Shown here: in pieces, positions 23,943-33,171 of the stretch | Layout: every line of letters starts with the position of its first letter | Numbering within the stretch: position 1 is the first letter of the stretch | Assembly: GCA_964509365.1 (NCBI GenBank) | Contig: CAZDWN010000003.1 | Coordinates: 218,917 to 282,916 of the forward strand | DNA: 64,000 nt | Direction: 5' to 3' | Source of the DNA: an uncultured Pseudomonadales bacterium | Lineage (GTDB): Bacteria > Patescibacteriota > Microgenomatia > UBA1400 > UBA12028 | Notes under the pieces: generated by a model | Told to the model about the DNA's origin: nothing | The model's input: the letters and a program-made list of their open reading frames with translations, nothing else | The model's database searches: none | Position numbers and translations under genes: made by a program

Positions 23943-25133
23943 ATGCCACATTTCTTATCTATCATCATGCCGTGTTACAACTCAAGCAGAACGATCGAAG
24001 CTGCCATACGATCGGTATTCGAACAAAAGTTGGATTTTTCGTTTGAACTTATCATTATTGATGATGAATCAACTGATGAAACGGCGTTCCTCGTGGAAAG
24101 AGCTAAAACTCAGTATAAAAATATACGTTTTTTCAAAAATGAGAAAAACAGTGGAGGCGGAGCGACGCGGAACAGAGGCATAGAAAAGAGTAGAGGAGAT
24201 CTTATCTTTTGTCTTGATAGTGACGACATCTTACCAGATGGAATGCTTCAAAAACTCATTTTATTCTTAGATCAAGAAAAGCTGGATGGAGTCGTGTTTG
24301 AAGAGTCAAAATTCTTTATTTGGAATCCAATAATATCAATTTCAGCTAAAAATCCTCAATCGTTGATCGGGAAAAAGATTGTATTTGAAAATTTATTTCA
24401 AACAAATTCCTATCTGACTCAGGTAAATTTCTTATATACAAAAAAAGCCTTTACACGAGTAGGCGGATATCCAATTCATCATGGGTTTGATACACAAGAG
24501 TTTGGATATCGATTCTTGGGCCTAGGATTAGAGGCAGCGATCTGTCCAGGTAGCTACTATTTCCATCGACAAGGATATGGAAAATCATATTTTGAACGTG
24601 AATATGAAACAGGTGCATTATCAAAAAATTATTACTTAATACTTGAGGATTTGCTCTATCTTTTCTCACCGAAGACAATTGATGAAATCCTTTCGTTTGA
24701 TATTTTCTCCCACACGGGCATGAGTCAAGTTAATTTGACCTCGCACTTGCAGTTGCTCTATAAAAAGATAGGGAAAAAGATGTTTTCTTCACATTCTTCT
24801 TGGGATGATTGGAAAATCGATCAGAAAAAAAGGAAGAAAATAACTCAATCGGATTTTTTCCTTCAAGCGATTCTTGAATATAAAAAAGGTAAAATTCTGG
24901 AAGCGATTAAGATATATACTCAGATCATAGAAAAAGGTACATTCACCCCAATTGTTCGTTATAATCTGCTGCGATGTGTCGCCAGTTTAGGTAGTTCATC
25001 TCAGAATGAACAAAACGTAGATACGTTTTTACGTTCTGTTCAATTCCAGCCTCAAAGGAGTATTGTTTCTGATTCGATTTTTACAAAAGTGCTAAGAAAA
25101 GGGACTCAAACTCTCAATAAATTATTTTCTTGA
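23943..25133 (+). CDS. family 2 glycosyltransferase with C-terminal helical extension
   Basis: LSIIMPCYNSSRTIEAAIRSVFEQ ... LIIIDDESTDET ... CLDSDDIL. The C-terminal 130 aa (ILEYKKGKILEAIKIYTQIIEKG ... YNLLRCV) look TPR-like. Confidence 0.75.
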   Translation: MPHFLSIIMPCYNSSRTIEAAIRSVFEQKLDFSFELIIIDDESTDETAFLVERAKTQYKNIRFFKNEKNSGGGATRNRGIEKSRGDLIFCLDSDDILPDGMLQKLILFLDQEKLDGVVFEESKFFIWNPIISISAKNPQSLIGKKIVFENLFQTNSYLTQVNFLYTKKAFTRVGGYPIHHGFDTQEFGYRFLGLGLEAAICPGSYYFHRQGYGKSYFEREYETGALSKNYYLILEDLLYLFSPKTIDEILSFDIFSHTGMSQVNLTSHLQLLYKKIGKKMFSSHSSWDDWKIDQKKRKKITQSDFFLQAILEYKKGKILEAIKIYTQIIEKGTFTPIVRYNLLRCVASLGSSSQNEQNVDTFLRSVQFQPQRSIVSDSIFTKVLRKGTQTLNKLFS

Positions 25134-25141
25134 TATTGCTT

Positions 25142-25894
25142 ATGAAAATTCTCTCATATTTCCTCTTACGCTTTCAAAAGGCTTTTGAAAGACTTTTGCA
25201 AATACCTGGATACTGTCATGACTATCTCTTGTTTTTCATGAAAAATGCAGATGATGAAAGATTTGTCTTACGGCCTTTTGAATCCTATCCGTGCCTGGGT
25301 GACAAAACTAGCGATACTCCTTTTGAGCCTCACTATACGTATCATCCTGCGTGGGCAGCACGAATACTCAAGAAACTAAATCCAAAGAAGCATATTGATA
25401 TATCCTCGACTCTCACGTTTTGCACCATCGTCTCCGCATTTATACCCACTGAGTTCTATGATTATCGGCCAGCAAACATTTCACTGACTGGGTTGAAGTC
25501 CAAGCGGGGGGACTTGCTTGATTTACCATTTGTTTCAAACTCGGTAGAGTCGATCTCCTGTATGCATACGATCGAACATATTGGGCTTGGCAGATATGGG
25601 GACGCAATTGATCCTACTGGAGATTTGAAAGCAATTCGTGAACTTATACGGGTTACGAAAAAAGGTGGATCTATACTATTCGTGACACCAGTCGGGAAAA
25701 GAGCTCTTCGGTTTAATGCGCACCGTATATATGCGTATGATGAGATACTCAAATATTTTACAACATGTCACTTGAAAGAATTTGCGTTGGTTCCAGATAA
25801 TGTCTTTGAGGTAGGAATGCTTACCAACCCACCAAAATCAGTCATAAATAAACAATCATGGGGATGCGGATGCTTCTGGTTTATAAAGAAGTAA
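25142..25894 (+). CDS. putative SAM-dependent methyltransferase
   Basis: DISSTL ... LLDLPFVSNSVESISCMHTIEHIGLGRYGD ... AIRELIRVTKKGGSILFVTP has the motif II/III arrangement of small class I methyltransferases. The ORF-track start at 25130 is TTG; the ATG is at 25142. Confidence 0.45.
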   Translation: MKILSYFLLRFQKAFERLLQIPGYCHDYLLFFMKNADDERFVLRPFESYPCLGDKTSDTPFEPHYTYHPAWAARILKKLNPKKHIDISSTLTFCTIVSAFIPTEFYDYRPANISLTGLKSKRGDLLDLPFVSNSVESISCMHTIEHIGLGRYGDAIDPTGDLKAIRELIRVTKKGGSILFVTPVGKRALRFNAHRIYAYDEILKYFTTCHLKEFALVPDNVFEVGMLTNPPKSVINKQSWGCGCFWFIKK

Positions 25895-26966
25895 CTGTAT
25901 CGATTTTTTCCTTTAAGCGTTTTCCGAATGCGATGCATGGATCTTCAATGAATTTCTTTCCCAACCAAGATACGCAGATTGTTCCAGTCAGCACAAAGAA
26001 AAGTACGAAATATCGAGTGAAAAACTCATCATATATGCCATTTCTATTCAATAGCTGGAGTAGCAGTGGGCAAAATGTCATGAGTAACGCAAAGTGGAAT
26101 AAGTAAATTCCATAGGAGATTTCTCCCAAAAATACAAAGAATTTGATATTTAAAATTTTCTGAATGAACGCCGACTCGAGTGTAATGATGAGGAGGACTG
26201 CAGCCCCGTAACCCAACATATCGATTGCGAAAATATTCAGGTAATGAATGAAGCTGACTGGAAGGAAGTACTGTGAGGTGTAGATTATTGCTCCCGCAAT
26301 AAAAAAAACTGCCTTTTTATATGAAGTTGTTTGCTTCCATATCCTATGGATATCTCTTCTCCCATTGGCAATAAGAATTCCCAAAATGAAATCAAAGACG
26401 AATTTGTTCAGTCCTAGAAATAAGATCAAAATATACGCTCCAAGAAATATCGCTCGAGGATTGACTTTTTTAGTTAAGGCAATTGCAATCAACGGAACGA
26501 ATACTGAGGCCGGTAGTTCCACAAAAAGAGACCATATTTGAGGCATGTATTCACTTATGGTTGAAAAGGAAAAAGGGTGAATCCAAAAGAGCTTAGGCCA
26601 TTCTTCAAAAGACGGTATTGTAGAGATAGGATTGAATAGGGTTCTTTGCAAGATGATACTACAGCCAACCGCAATCAAGGCTAGTGGAACTATTCTGAAG
26701 ATTCGTACGCATGCATACGAAAGAAAACGGAAGTTTTTCCTCTTTTGTGCATCGTCAATATATGAAAGTGATAAAACGAATCCGCTTAATATAAAAAATA
26801 GAGACACCGCTAACGCACCGTCCCAAAGAATATGAAGTGGTGTCCGCGAAATCCATGCTATATTTGCTGGAAGTCCATACATTAGCGTGAAGTGCGAGAA
26901 GACGACGGAAACTGCAGCGAGGCCACGCAAACTATCTAAATATGAAATCCGATTTTTTGAAGACAT
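25881..26966 (-). CDS. acyltransferase family 3 membrane protein (OafA/OatA-like O-acyltransferase)
   Basis: ISYLDSLRGLAAVSVVFSHF N-terminal motif and 10 TM helices. Confidence 0.75.
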   Translation of the reverse strand: MSSKNRISYLDSLRGLAAVSVVFSHFTLMYGLPANIAWISRTPLHILWDGALAVSLFFILSGFVLSLSYIDDAQKRKNFRFLSYACVRIFRIVPLALIAVGCSIILQRTLFNPISTIPSFEEWPKLFWIHPFSFSTISEYMPQIWSLFVELPASVFVPLIAIALTKKVNPRAIFLGAYILILFLGLNKFVFDFILGILIANGRRDIHRIWKQTTSYKKAVFFIAGAIIYTSQYFLPVSFIHYLNIFAIDMLGYGAAVLLIITLESAFIQKILNIKFFVFLGEISYGIYLFHFALLMTFCPLLLQLLNRNGIYDEFFTRYFVLFFVLTGTICVSWLGKKFIEDPCIAFGKRLKEKIDTVTSL

Positions 26967-27015
26967 CGTTCAAATATATCAATTAATTTACTTAATATAA
27001 GTACTCATACAGCGT

Positions 27016-27834
27016 ATGGTCATTGTGAAGTTCACAGGCGGAGTAGGAAATCAATTGTTTGCCTATGCAGCCGGTCGAGCACTCGCCAAACGATTGAAAA
27101 CTGACCTTCGATACGACACTCGCTATTATCTGTGGGTGCGGAATCGTACATTTCGCCTACCGATGTTTCATGCGATCGGTAAAGGAATGTCCCTACTGGA
27201 ATATGGACGCCTCATTCTTCGCCCGCGGGGAGTCCATCACTTTACGGAAAGCACGTATTTTTCCTACGACCAGAGTATTGAAGCGCTTGCAGGCGATATT
27301 TATCTTGACGGGTGGTGGCAAAACCCCAAATACTTCGCAGACATCGGCGACATACTTCGAAAAGAACTTTCATTTCGGCTTCATCAGTCAAAAAATCTCA
27401 AAAAGTTCATGACCAAAATTCGAGGCAAGACAACCATCTCAGTGCATGTAAGGCGCGGAGATTACACCAAGCTGGACGCATTTGGGACGTGTTCGATGCG
27501 CTACTATGCGCGAGCGATAGCAGAAATGCGCCAACGCCTCAAAAATCCAACGTTTGTCTTTTTTTCAGATGATGTAGCCTGGGTCAGGCAGTCATTTCCT
27601 GCAGTTTCGAATGCGATCGTGGTCAGTGATCTTGCACATGAAGTCGAAGATCTGTATGCGATGAGCGCCTGTACGCATCACATCATTGCCAACAGCACAT
27701 TTAGTTGGTGGGGCAGTGTACTTGCGAAAGACCGCAAAGGAATTACAATAGCTCCTACTCCTTGGGTAAACTATGAAAAGAATTACACCAGTGATCTGTA
27801 CATGAAAAACTGGATCGTGATCCCAAGAGACTAG
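27016..27834 (+). CDS. alpha-1,2-fucosyltransferase (GT11)
   Basis: GGVGNQLFAYAAGRALAKRL (GT11 motif I), HVRRGDY (motif II), and a Trp/Ser-rich C-terminal motif FSWWG. Confidence 0.8.
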   Translation: MVIVKFTGGVGNQLFAYAAGRALAKRLKTDLRYDTRYYLWVRNRTFRLPMFHAIGKGMSLLEYGRLILRPRGVHHFTESTYFSYDQSIEALAGDIYLDGWWQNPKYFADIGDILRKELSFRLHQSKNLKKFMTKIRGKTTISVHVRRGDYTKLDAFGTCSMRYYARAIAEMRQRLKNPTFVFFSDDVAWVRQSFPAVSNAIVVSDLAHEVEDLYAMSACTHHIIANSTFSWWGSVLAKDRKGITIAPTPWVNYEKNYTSDLYMKNWIVIPRD

Positions 27835-27845
27835 AAAGCGTCCGT

Positions 27846-28601
27846 ATGTCCAAACGCAAAACCAAACAAGAAAGTGATGTCGTCATCAAACAATTTGAAG
27901 ATCAAATTGCTGAGTATACTGATAATGCCCTCGTTGAGTACTCTGCGGTCCCCCCTTTTTTGAGCAAATGGTGGAAGAAAAATGCTCCCAGGAAGAACGT
28001 ATCGATAGGTGAGTTTGGTGGAGGTGGAGGTAATCTACTCAAATACATAGAGGAAGTGACCAGGGTGAAAGCGGATCTGACGAACGTGGAGCTGGTAGGA
28101 AAGTACAAGAACTTTCAGGTAGACAAAAAGATCAAGTTCATCCAAGGTTCGGTAATCAACTCGCCATTTGAATCGAACACATTTGATATCACGATCGTGA
28201 GAAACGTCATCCACCATCTCGTGGCGTTTGATCTCCAAACTACTCGTGACAATCAAATGGATGCCATCCGCGAACTCGTTCGAGTCACAAAACCAGGAGG
28301 TCTCATCATCATCGAAGAACAAGTCAATGAAAATCGATTGGCGACATTGATCTTCTATTATGCCTCACAGTGGGCGACCAAACTCAATATACGGATCGAT
28401 CGCATGCAAATCACACCGAATACCATCGTCGGGTATTTGACCCGCTCCAAGCTCATGTGGATGTGCGAGCGCCATATCGATAGCCATCATTGGGTAAAAA
28501 ATGAGTTTGAAAAGTGGGAACTGCCGTGGTACTGGAAAATGACCGGACTCATGAATCGTACGGGTGAAGCTTTCATCGTGATGCAAAAACCTCAAAGCTA
28601 A
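27846..28601 (+). CDS. class I SAM-dependent methyltransferase
   Basis: IGEFGGGGGNLLKYI (Gly-rich motif I), IVRNVIHHL and VTKPGGLIIIEE. Confidence 0.65.
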   Translation: MSKRKTKQESDVVIKQFEDQIAEYTDNALVEYSAVPPFLSKWWKKNAPRKNVSIGEFGGGGGNLLKYIEEVTRVKADLTNVELVGKYKNFQVDKKIKFIQGSVINSPFESNTFDITIVRNVIHHLVAFDLQTTRDNQMDAIRELVRVTKPGGLIIIEEQVNENRLATLIFYYASQWATKLNIRIDRMQITPNTIVGYLTRSKLMWMCERHIDSHHWVKNEFEKWELPWYWKMTGLMNRTGEAFIVMQKPQS

Positions 28602-29713
28602 GCCTTTACTCTTTGCTGTCTGTACCGGTCGATAGGCATCGATATCCCATACATCAAACACACAGAGAAGATGACCGTGAGCACGACGCACAAGAGTCCA
28701 CTCTGAGCGCTATACCAAGACTCGCCTTTGAATTTCCAATCCAACAGCTGCAACACAAGGTAGTGAGAAATATACATCGGATAAGAAAGTTCGCCTACGA
28801 AGTGATCCCAATGGTGCGTATTGGTAAATGAGAATAAAAACGGGAGTGCACAGATAGTGATGGCATACAAAATGATTTGCTTCGGCAATTGTGAAGGGAT
28901 GAACTGATACAAGACGACCAGGGCGGAGAGTAGGAGCCACAAGATCCACGTCCGATGCGTTCGAATCCTCGGTAGAATCACTCGCGCATATCGAAAAGTC
29001 AGGATACCGATCGCAAAAAAGAACAGCTCAAGTGGGAAAAATCGATACGTCCAGGGATCAAAGCTCAATCCTTTTGCGTACAATGCAAATCGAAATGCCA
29101 AACTCGCAGCCGCAATCAAAAATAGTGTTTTCGTCCGAAGTCGTACCAGCCACGGGGCGAGCATATAAAACAGAAGCTCGAGACTAATCGTCCAAGCTTG
29201 CGGTACCAGTAACCACTCGTGGACCGGTGGATGCGTGATCCAAAAATTCTTCGTAGGACGAAGCGATTGAAGATCTGGAGTGAACTTGAGGAACATCACC
29301 AAGTCCTGGCCGACGATCGTCACGTTGACGAGCGCAAGAAACAGAGAGGGAAACGTACCGATCTCGCTCCACATAGTCAAGGCTCCAGTAAATAGCAAGA
29401 AGAGCACTGTAAGCGCGGTGATGAACCAGTACGTAGGGAATATTCGCAGCATTCGATTGCTGAAGAATCGCCAATAGGACCCTTTGCCAGTATATTTTTT
29501 CTCCAATACAAGCTGCATGTAAAAGCCAGAGATCATATAAAATGTCTGCACAGCAGTGACGCCACCTACCATTGAAAGTCCAAAAAGAGGAGTAGAATGA
29601 GCAATAATGACAGATAGAGCAAGTAAAAAGCGAAGTGTTCCCATCACTTCCGATTCTACACCGAAACGCGATACTTCTTTGGACATCTTGAAAGGAATTG
29701 CTTGTGTGCTCAT
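28598..29713 (-). CDS. acyltransferase family 3 membrane protein
   Basis: LRFLLALSVIIAHSTPLF acyltransferase-3 N-terminal motif and a polytopic body. The start is uncertain (Met1 at 29713, Met10 at 29686 or Met24 at 29644); each choice overlaps the divergent gene at 29607. Confidence 0.7.
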   Translation of the reverse strand: MSTQAIPFKMSKEVSRFGVESEVMGTLRFLLALSVIIAHSTPLFGLSMVGGVTAVQTFYMISGFYMQLVLEKKYTGKGSYWRFFSNRMLRIFPTYWFITALTVLFLLFTGALTMWSEIGTFPSLFLALVNVTIVGQDLVMFLKFTPDLQSLRPTKNFWITHPPVHEWLLVPQAWTISLELLFYMLAPWLVRLRTKTLFLIAAASLAFRFALYAKGLSFDPWTYRFFPLELFFFAIGILTFRYARVILPRIRTHRTWILWLLLSALVVLYQFIPSQLPKQIILYAITICALPFLFSFTNTHHWDHFVGELSYPMYISHYLVLQLLDWKFKGESWYSAQSGLLCVVLTVIFSVCLMYGISMPIDRYRQQRVKA

Positions 29714-30713
29714 GATCGTGGCGCATGCAAAAACTCTTGGAAAAACGATCGACTCACCACTAACAAACGCACTGTGGTACGTTAGTTTCTACGCGCCAGT
29801 CCTTTTTTTCTTTTCATTCGGTTCATCACTGGTATATCAACTCCGAAAATACGGAAATTTGAGATATCTCGTGTTTTTGGGACTGCTGTTTCTTATCTCA
29901 TTCGCTGATCTGTGGATATCACTTCATCATTACTTTGCGATCGATGCGATCAATTTGTTTGGCTCGCTTGCAGGTGCGGGAGCTCTAGCCTGGTGGCTTC
30001 GACGCTACGTACGCGTGCCAATTGTCGCGCTTCTCTTTCCGATTGTGTGCGATCGGATGTTGAATCGGTTTGCACTCCCACCGACGTTTCTTCATGGTGT
30101 GCTCTTTGGAGTGTTGCCATGGACCAGTTTTGTCATCTTTGGGACACTGCTTCACACTCAGAAGAAATTTGTCTTGTGGAGTAGTGCAGTGTGTCTGTGT
30201 GTTGCGATAGTACTGGCAATTTTTTTTGGGAAACGAGTCACCTCACAAGACTCTACGACTCTCTATTTGCTGCTTGGATTTGCAAGCTGCGGGTTCTCAC
30301 TCTTGTTTGCGAGGGTGATCCAAAAAAGTAACTCACTGTCTAGCCTGGCAATTTTTGCAGGGAAGCACTCACTATTGTTTTATTGGGTGCACTTGATGGT
30401 GTTGACGTACTTCCAATTCATCGCGCGAGCACCAATCGTCTGGGGAGTTACATTGCTTCTCACACTTCTGAGCGTCGCTGCCTTCAACAAGTTGGCAGAC
30501 TATTTGCCTTTGCAACGAGTGAGAATGTGGGTATGGTCGACTGGAGTTGGCTTGCTGCTTGTCCCAATGTATTTCCAATGGAGCTTGAAGATTCAGTCAG
30601 CATTTTTCTACGGTCTTCTTATCGTGTTTGCGCTCACCTATCCGTTCATCGTCTCCACAGTTTCTTCACAACTTTTTGTACTGCGTGAAAAAGGCTTTTT
30701 GAGACATCTCTAG
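29607..30713 (+). CDS. acyltransferase-like polytopic membrane protein (acyltransferase-3/DUF1624-like)
   Basis: RDTSLDILKGIACVLMIVAHA resembles the acyltransferase-3 N-terminal R...D.LRG...H motif. 368 aa with about 10 TM helices. Its 5' end overlaps the divergent minus-strand gene, and its 3' end overlaps the convergent GT2 by 68 bp. Confidence 0.45.
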   Translation: MTDRASKKRSVPITSDSTPKRDTSLDILKGIACVLMIVAHAKTLGKTIDSPLTNALWYVSFYAPVLFFFSFGSSLVYQLRKYGNLRYLVFLGLLFLISFADLWISLHHYFAIDAINLFGSLAGAGALAWWLRRYVRVPIVALLFPIVCDRMLNRFALPPTFLHGVLFGVLPWTSFVIFGTLLHTQKKFVLWSSAVCLCVAIVLAIFFGKRVTSQDSTTLYLLLGFASCGFSLLFARVIQKSNSLSSLAIFAGKHSLLFYWVHLMVLTYFQFIARAPIVWGVTLLLTLLSVAAFNKLADYLPLQRVRMWVWSTGVGLLLVPMYFQWSLKIQSAFFYGLLIVFALTYPFIVSTVSSQLFVLREKGFLRHL

Positions 30714-31533
30714 TATCGAGGATCGGCCGGGGAGGCCACCATTTTTTGATCTCATCCGGAGTGAAAAGTTCTTTTTTGCCAGATCGCTCCCAATACTTCG
30801 CGAACTCGACAAATCGATAGTACTCCATGAGCTTGTTAGTGATGAAGCCATGCATTCCGTCCTCGAGCCCAAGATGCTCGTACTCTCGCCACTCAAATTC
30901 TCCTTGGACGCGATCATGTACTCGCTGGGCGGTTACAAGCGGCAAGCTGTCATAGTAGCGTTCTACCGTGGTGTAGCGATCCATTTTCTCAATAAATTGC
31001 GAAATGGTGAGTACATTATGATGAATGAACGCATTCACTTGCGTCGGTGGAAGAGTCAGTACTCGTCCTGTCGTCGTGTGGCCACCATGGACATCTGAAG
31101 ACCAAGTCACGTGTCCTTTGCGGAACAGTCTGGCGTGATAGTCCGGCCATCGCATTGAGTGTCGCAACCATTTCCCAAGGAGCTCATTTTGAAATGGAAA
31201 ACACACCACATCGTACGCGTTCGCTTTGATGATCTTTCGGATCGTTTTTTGAAGCGCAACTGGAATTCGTTCGTCAGCGTCCACAATAAGTATCCACTCA
31301 CCATTTGCTTTTTTGACCGCCAAATTACGAGCCGGTTCCACATACCCGGAGTCCTGAACGTTGAGAATCTGCGCACCAAGCTGACTGGCAATCTCCACGG
31401 TCCGATCAGTACTTCCCATGTCGACGACGAGAATCTCCGTGGCCATATTTGAACAGCAGTGGATACACTCAGCGATGTTCTGTTCTTCATTTTTTGTGTG
31501 AATGATGACGGAGAGTGTCGAGGGATTCTTCAT
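30646..31533 (-). CDS. family 2 glycosyltransferase (paralog of 1412-2263)
   Basis: MKNPSTLSVIIHTKNEEQNIAECI ... EILVVDMGSTDRT ... VDADERI. The start at 31533 gives an ATGA overlap with the upstream gene's stop (the ORF-track start is 31551). Confidence 0.7.
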   Translation of the reverse strand: MKNPSTLSVIIHTKNEEQNIAECIHCCSNMATEILVVDMGSTDRTVEIASQLGAQILNVQDSGYVEPARNLAVKKANGEWILIVDADERIPVALQKTIRKIIKANAYDVVCFPFQNELLGKWLRHSMRWPDYHARLFRKGHVTWSSDVHGGHTTTGRVLTLPPTQVNAFIHHNVLTISQFIEKMDRYTTVERYYDSLPLVTAQRVHDRVQGEFEWREYEHLGLEDGMHGFITNKLMEYYRFVEFAKYWERSGKKELFTPDEIKKWWPPRPILDTRDVSKSLFHAVQKVVKKLWRR

Positions 31534-32429
31534 ATCATTTCGTGTGACCAATCAAAAATAATCTCGAGTCCTTTACTCATCGGTAGCTCATGGTTGTACC
31601 AAATATAATTCCACAGTGAATGAAAAACCATATATCGATAATACTCTGGAGTGCCTCGTGGAGCGGGCGCAGTCCCATCAGTGAGCGTGAAGATCCAATC
31701 ATAATGTACTTTTCCATAATGAGTTTTGACCGCACGTATCGCTTCCTTGTGGAGTTTGTGGGTAAAGGCGGATGTCTTCGCATCAGGATGTATTCTGGTA
31801 TTTGCTACAATCAATGGTTCACAATACAACGTGTACTTTTTTGATACCCTGATCCAGTACTCATAGTCCATCGTGTAACTGTAACTCTCATCAAAATAGC
31901 CAACGCTCTTGAGAAGTTCCCGTCTCCAAAAAGCAGTCGGCTGACTGATCCCACAAGAGGCTGCCAATCTCGAATGATCCTCAAACAAATTATTGTAGAA
32001 ACCAATCTCCTTATCCTGAGCGTCGATCAGTCTTCCATGGCCATACAAAAAAGAAATGTTCGGATGGTTTGCGAAGAGCTCGCCGACGCGTAGGAGCGTC
32101 CCTGGTTGATAGGTATCATCACTGTTGAGATAGGCGACGATCTCGCCCTTCGATTTTTTTAGGCCCTTGTTGATGGCGTGTGCCTGACCTCGATCTGGTT
32201 TACTCTCCCAGAGGATACGATCGGAGTACTTTTGGAGAATAGCGATTGTCTCATCGCTCGAGCCTCCGTCCATGACGATATATTCAAGATTGGGATACCC
32301 CTGTGAGAGTACGCTTTGAATGGTGCGCTCAAGGAATTTTCCTTGATTATATGAAGGGGTAATAATGCTGATTGTCGGCAGCTTTTGGGACATGAGTGCT
32401 CTTATACTGGATTGCTTCCTGATTATCAA
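31530..32429 (-). CDS. family 2 glycosyltransferase (paralog of 11069-11845)
   Basis: LPTISIITPSYNQGKFLERTIQSV ... IVMDGGSSDET ... YLNSDDTY ... YTMDYEYW. ATGA overlap with the upstream ABC gene. Confidence 0.75.
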   Translation of the reverse strand: MIIRKQSSIRALMSQKLPTISIITPSYNQGKFLERTIQSVLSQGYPNLEYIVMDGGSSDETIAILQKYSDRILWESKPDRGQAHAINKGLKKSKGEIVAYLNSDDTYQPGTLLRVGELFANHPNISFLYGHGRLIDAQDKEIGFYNNLFEDHSRLAASCGISQPTAFWRRELLKSVGYFDESYSYTMDYEYWIRVSKKYTLYCEPLIVANTRIHPDAKTSAFTHKLHKEAIRAVKTHYGKVHYDWIFTLTDGTAPAPRGTPEYYRYMVFHSLWNYIWYNHELPMSKGLEIIFDWSHEMI

Positions 32430-33163
32430 GCATGGTCAGGTAATCGATGATACTCCTCAAAAATCTCTTTCGGTTCGCCGTCAGCGATCACTTTTCCATG
32501 GCTTATGAGAATCGTGCGGTCACAAAATTGCGAGACTGCGGCCTCATCATGACTGACAAAAATGATCGTTCGATCATGTCGCTGCTTCATCTGTTCCAAA
32601 TGTGAGAGACATTTCTTTTGAAACGACTCATCCCCGACCGCAAGTACTTCATCAATCAGCAAAATAGGTGCATCCACGTGCATCGCAATTGCAAAACCAA
32701 GTCGCATGTACATACCGGTGGAATATCGCTTGACGGGCACATGAATAAACTCTTCGAGTTCTGAGAAATCAATAATACTTTGTACCTTGTCCTCAATCTC
32801 ACTTTTGTGCATTCCTAATATCGCGGCATTCAGGAAAATATTTTCAAATCCCGATAACTCATAATGAAAGCCAGCTCCCAGCTCAATGAGTGGAGCCACT
32901 TTTTGGGTGACGTGCGTTTTGCCTTGCGTAGGATAGGTAACTCCAGCGATCAGCTTGAGGAGCGTCGATTTGCCAGCGCCATTTTTCCCGACGAATCCAA
33001 CGGTTTCGCCTTGGTGGATCGTGAAGTTGATATCAGAGAGTGCCACATATTTTTTCGCCCATGGCTTGCCCATAATCACGCTGGGAATGAAATCCTTGAA
33101 CGTGCGATCTTCTTGGAGCAAATACTCTTTGGTGACGTGTTCAAATGAGATAACTGGATTCAT
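32426..33163 (-). CDS. wzt: ABC exporter ATP-binding protein (Wzt/KpsT-like, no C-terminal extension)
   Basis: Walker A GKNGAGKST, signature YSTGMYMRLGFAIA and Walker B LLIDEVLAVGD. 245 aa, NBD only. Confidence 0.8.
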   Translation of the reverse strand: MNPVISFEHVTKEYLLQEDRTFKDFIPSVIMGKPWAKKYVALSDINFTIHQGETVGFVGKNGAGKSTLLKLIAGVTYPTQGKTHVTQKVAPLIELGAGFHYELSGFENIFLNAAILGMHKSEIEDKVQSIIDFSELEEFIHVPVKRYSTGMYMRLGFAIAMHVDAPILLIDEVLAVGDESFQKKCLSHLEQMKQRHDRTIIFVSHDEAAVSQFCDRTILISHGKVIADGEPKEIFEEYHRLPDHA

Positions 33164-33171
33164 AGGTGTAC

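Noticed and set aside
26989-27003. Inverted repeat TACTTA-ATA-TAAGTA in the divergent promoter region between the acyltransferase and fucosyltransferase genes
   Set aside because: Six-bp arms in AT-rich promoter DNA are expected by chance. I could not identify any regulator, though an operator is not excluded.
30646-30713. 68-bp overlap of the convergent genes 29607-30713 and 30646-31533 as evidence of a frameshift or pseudogene
   Set aside because: Both ORFs are full-length relative to their paralogs, and convergent 3' overlaps of this size occur in compact genomes. There is no internal stop or frame break.
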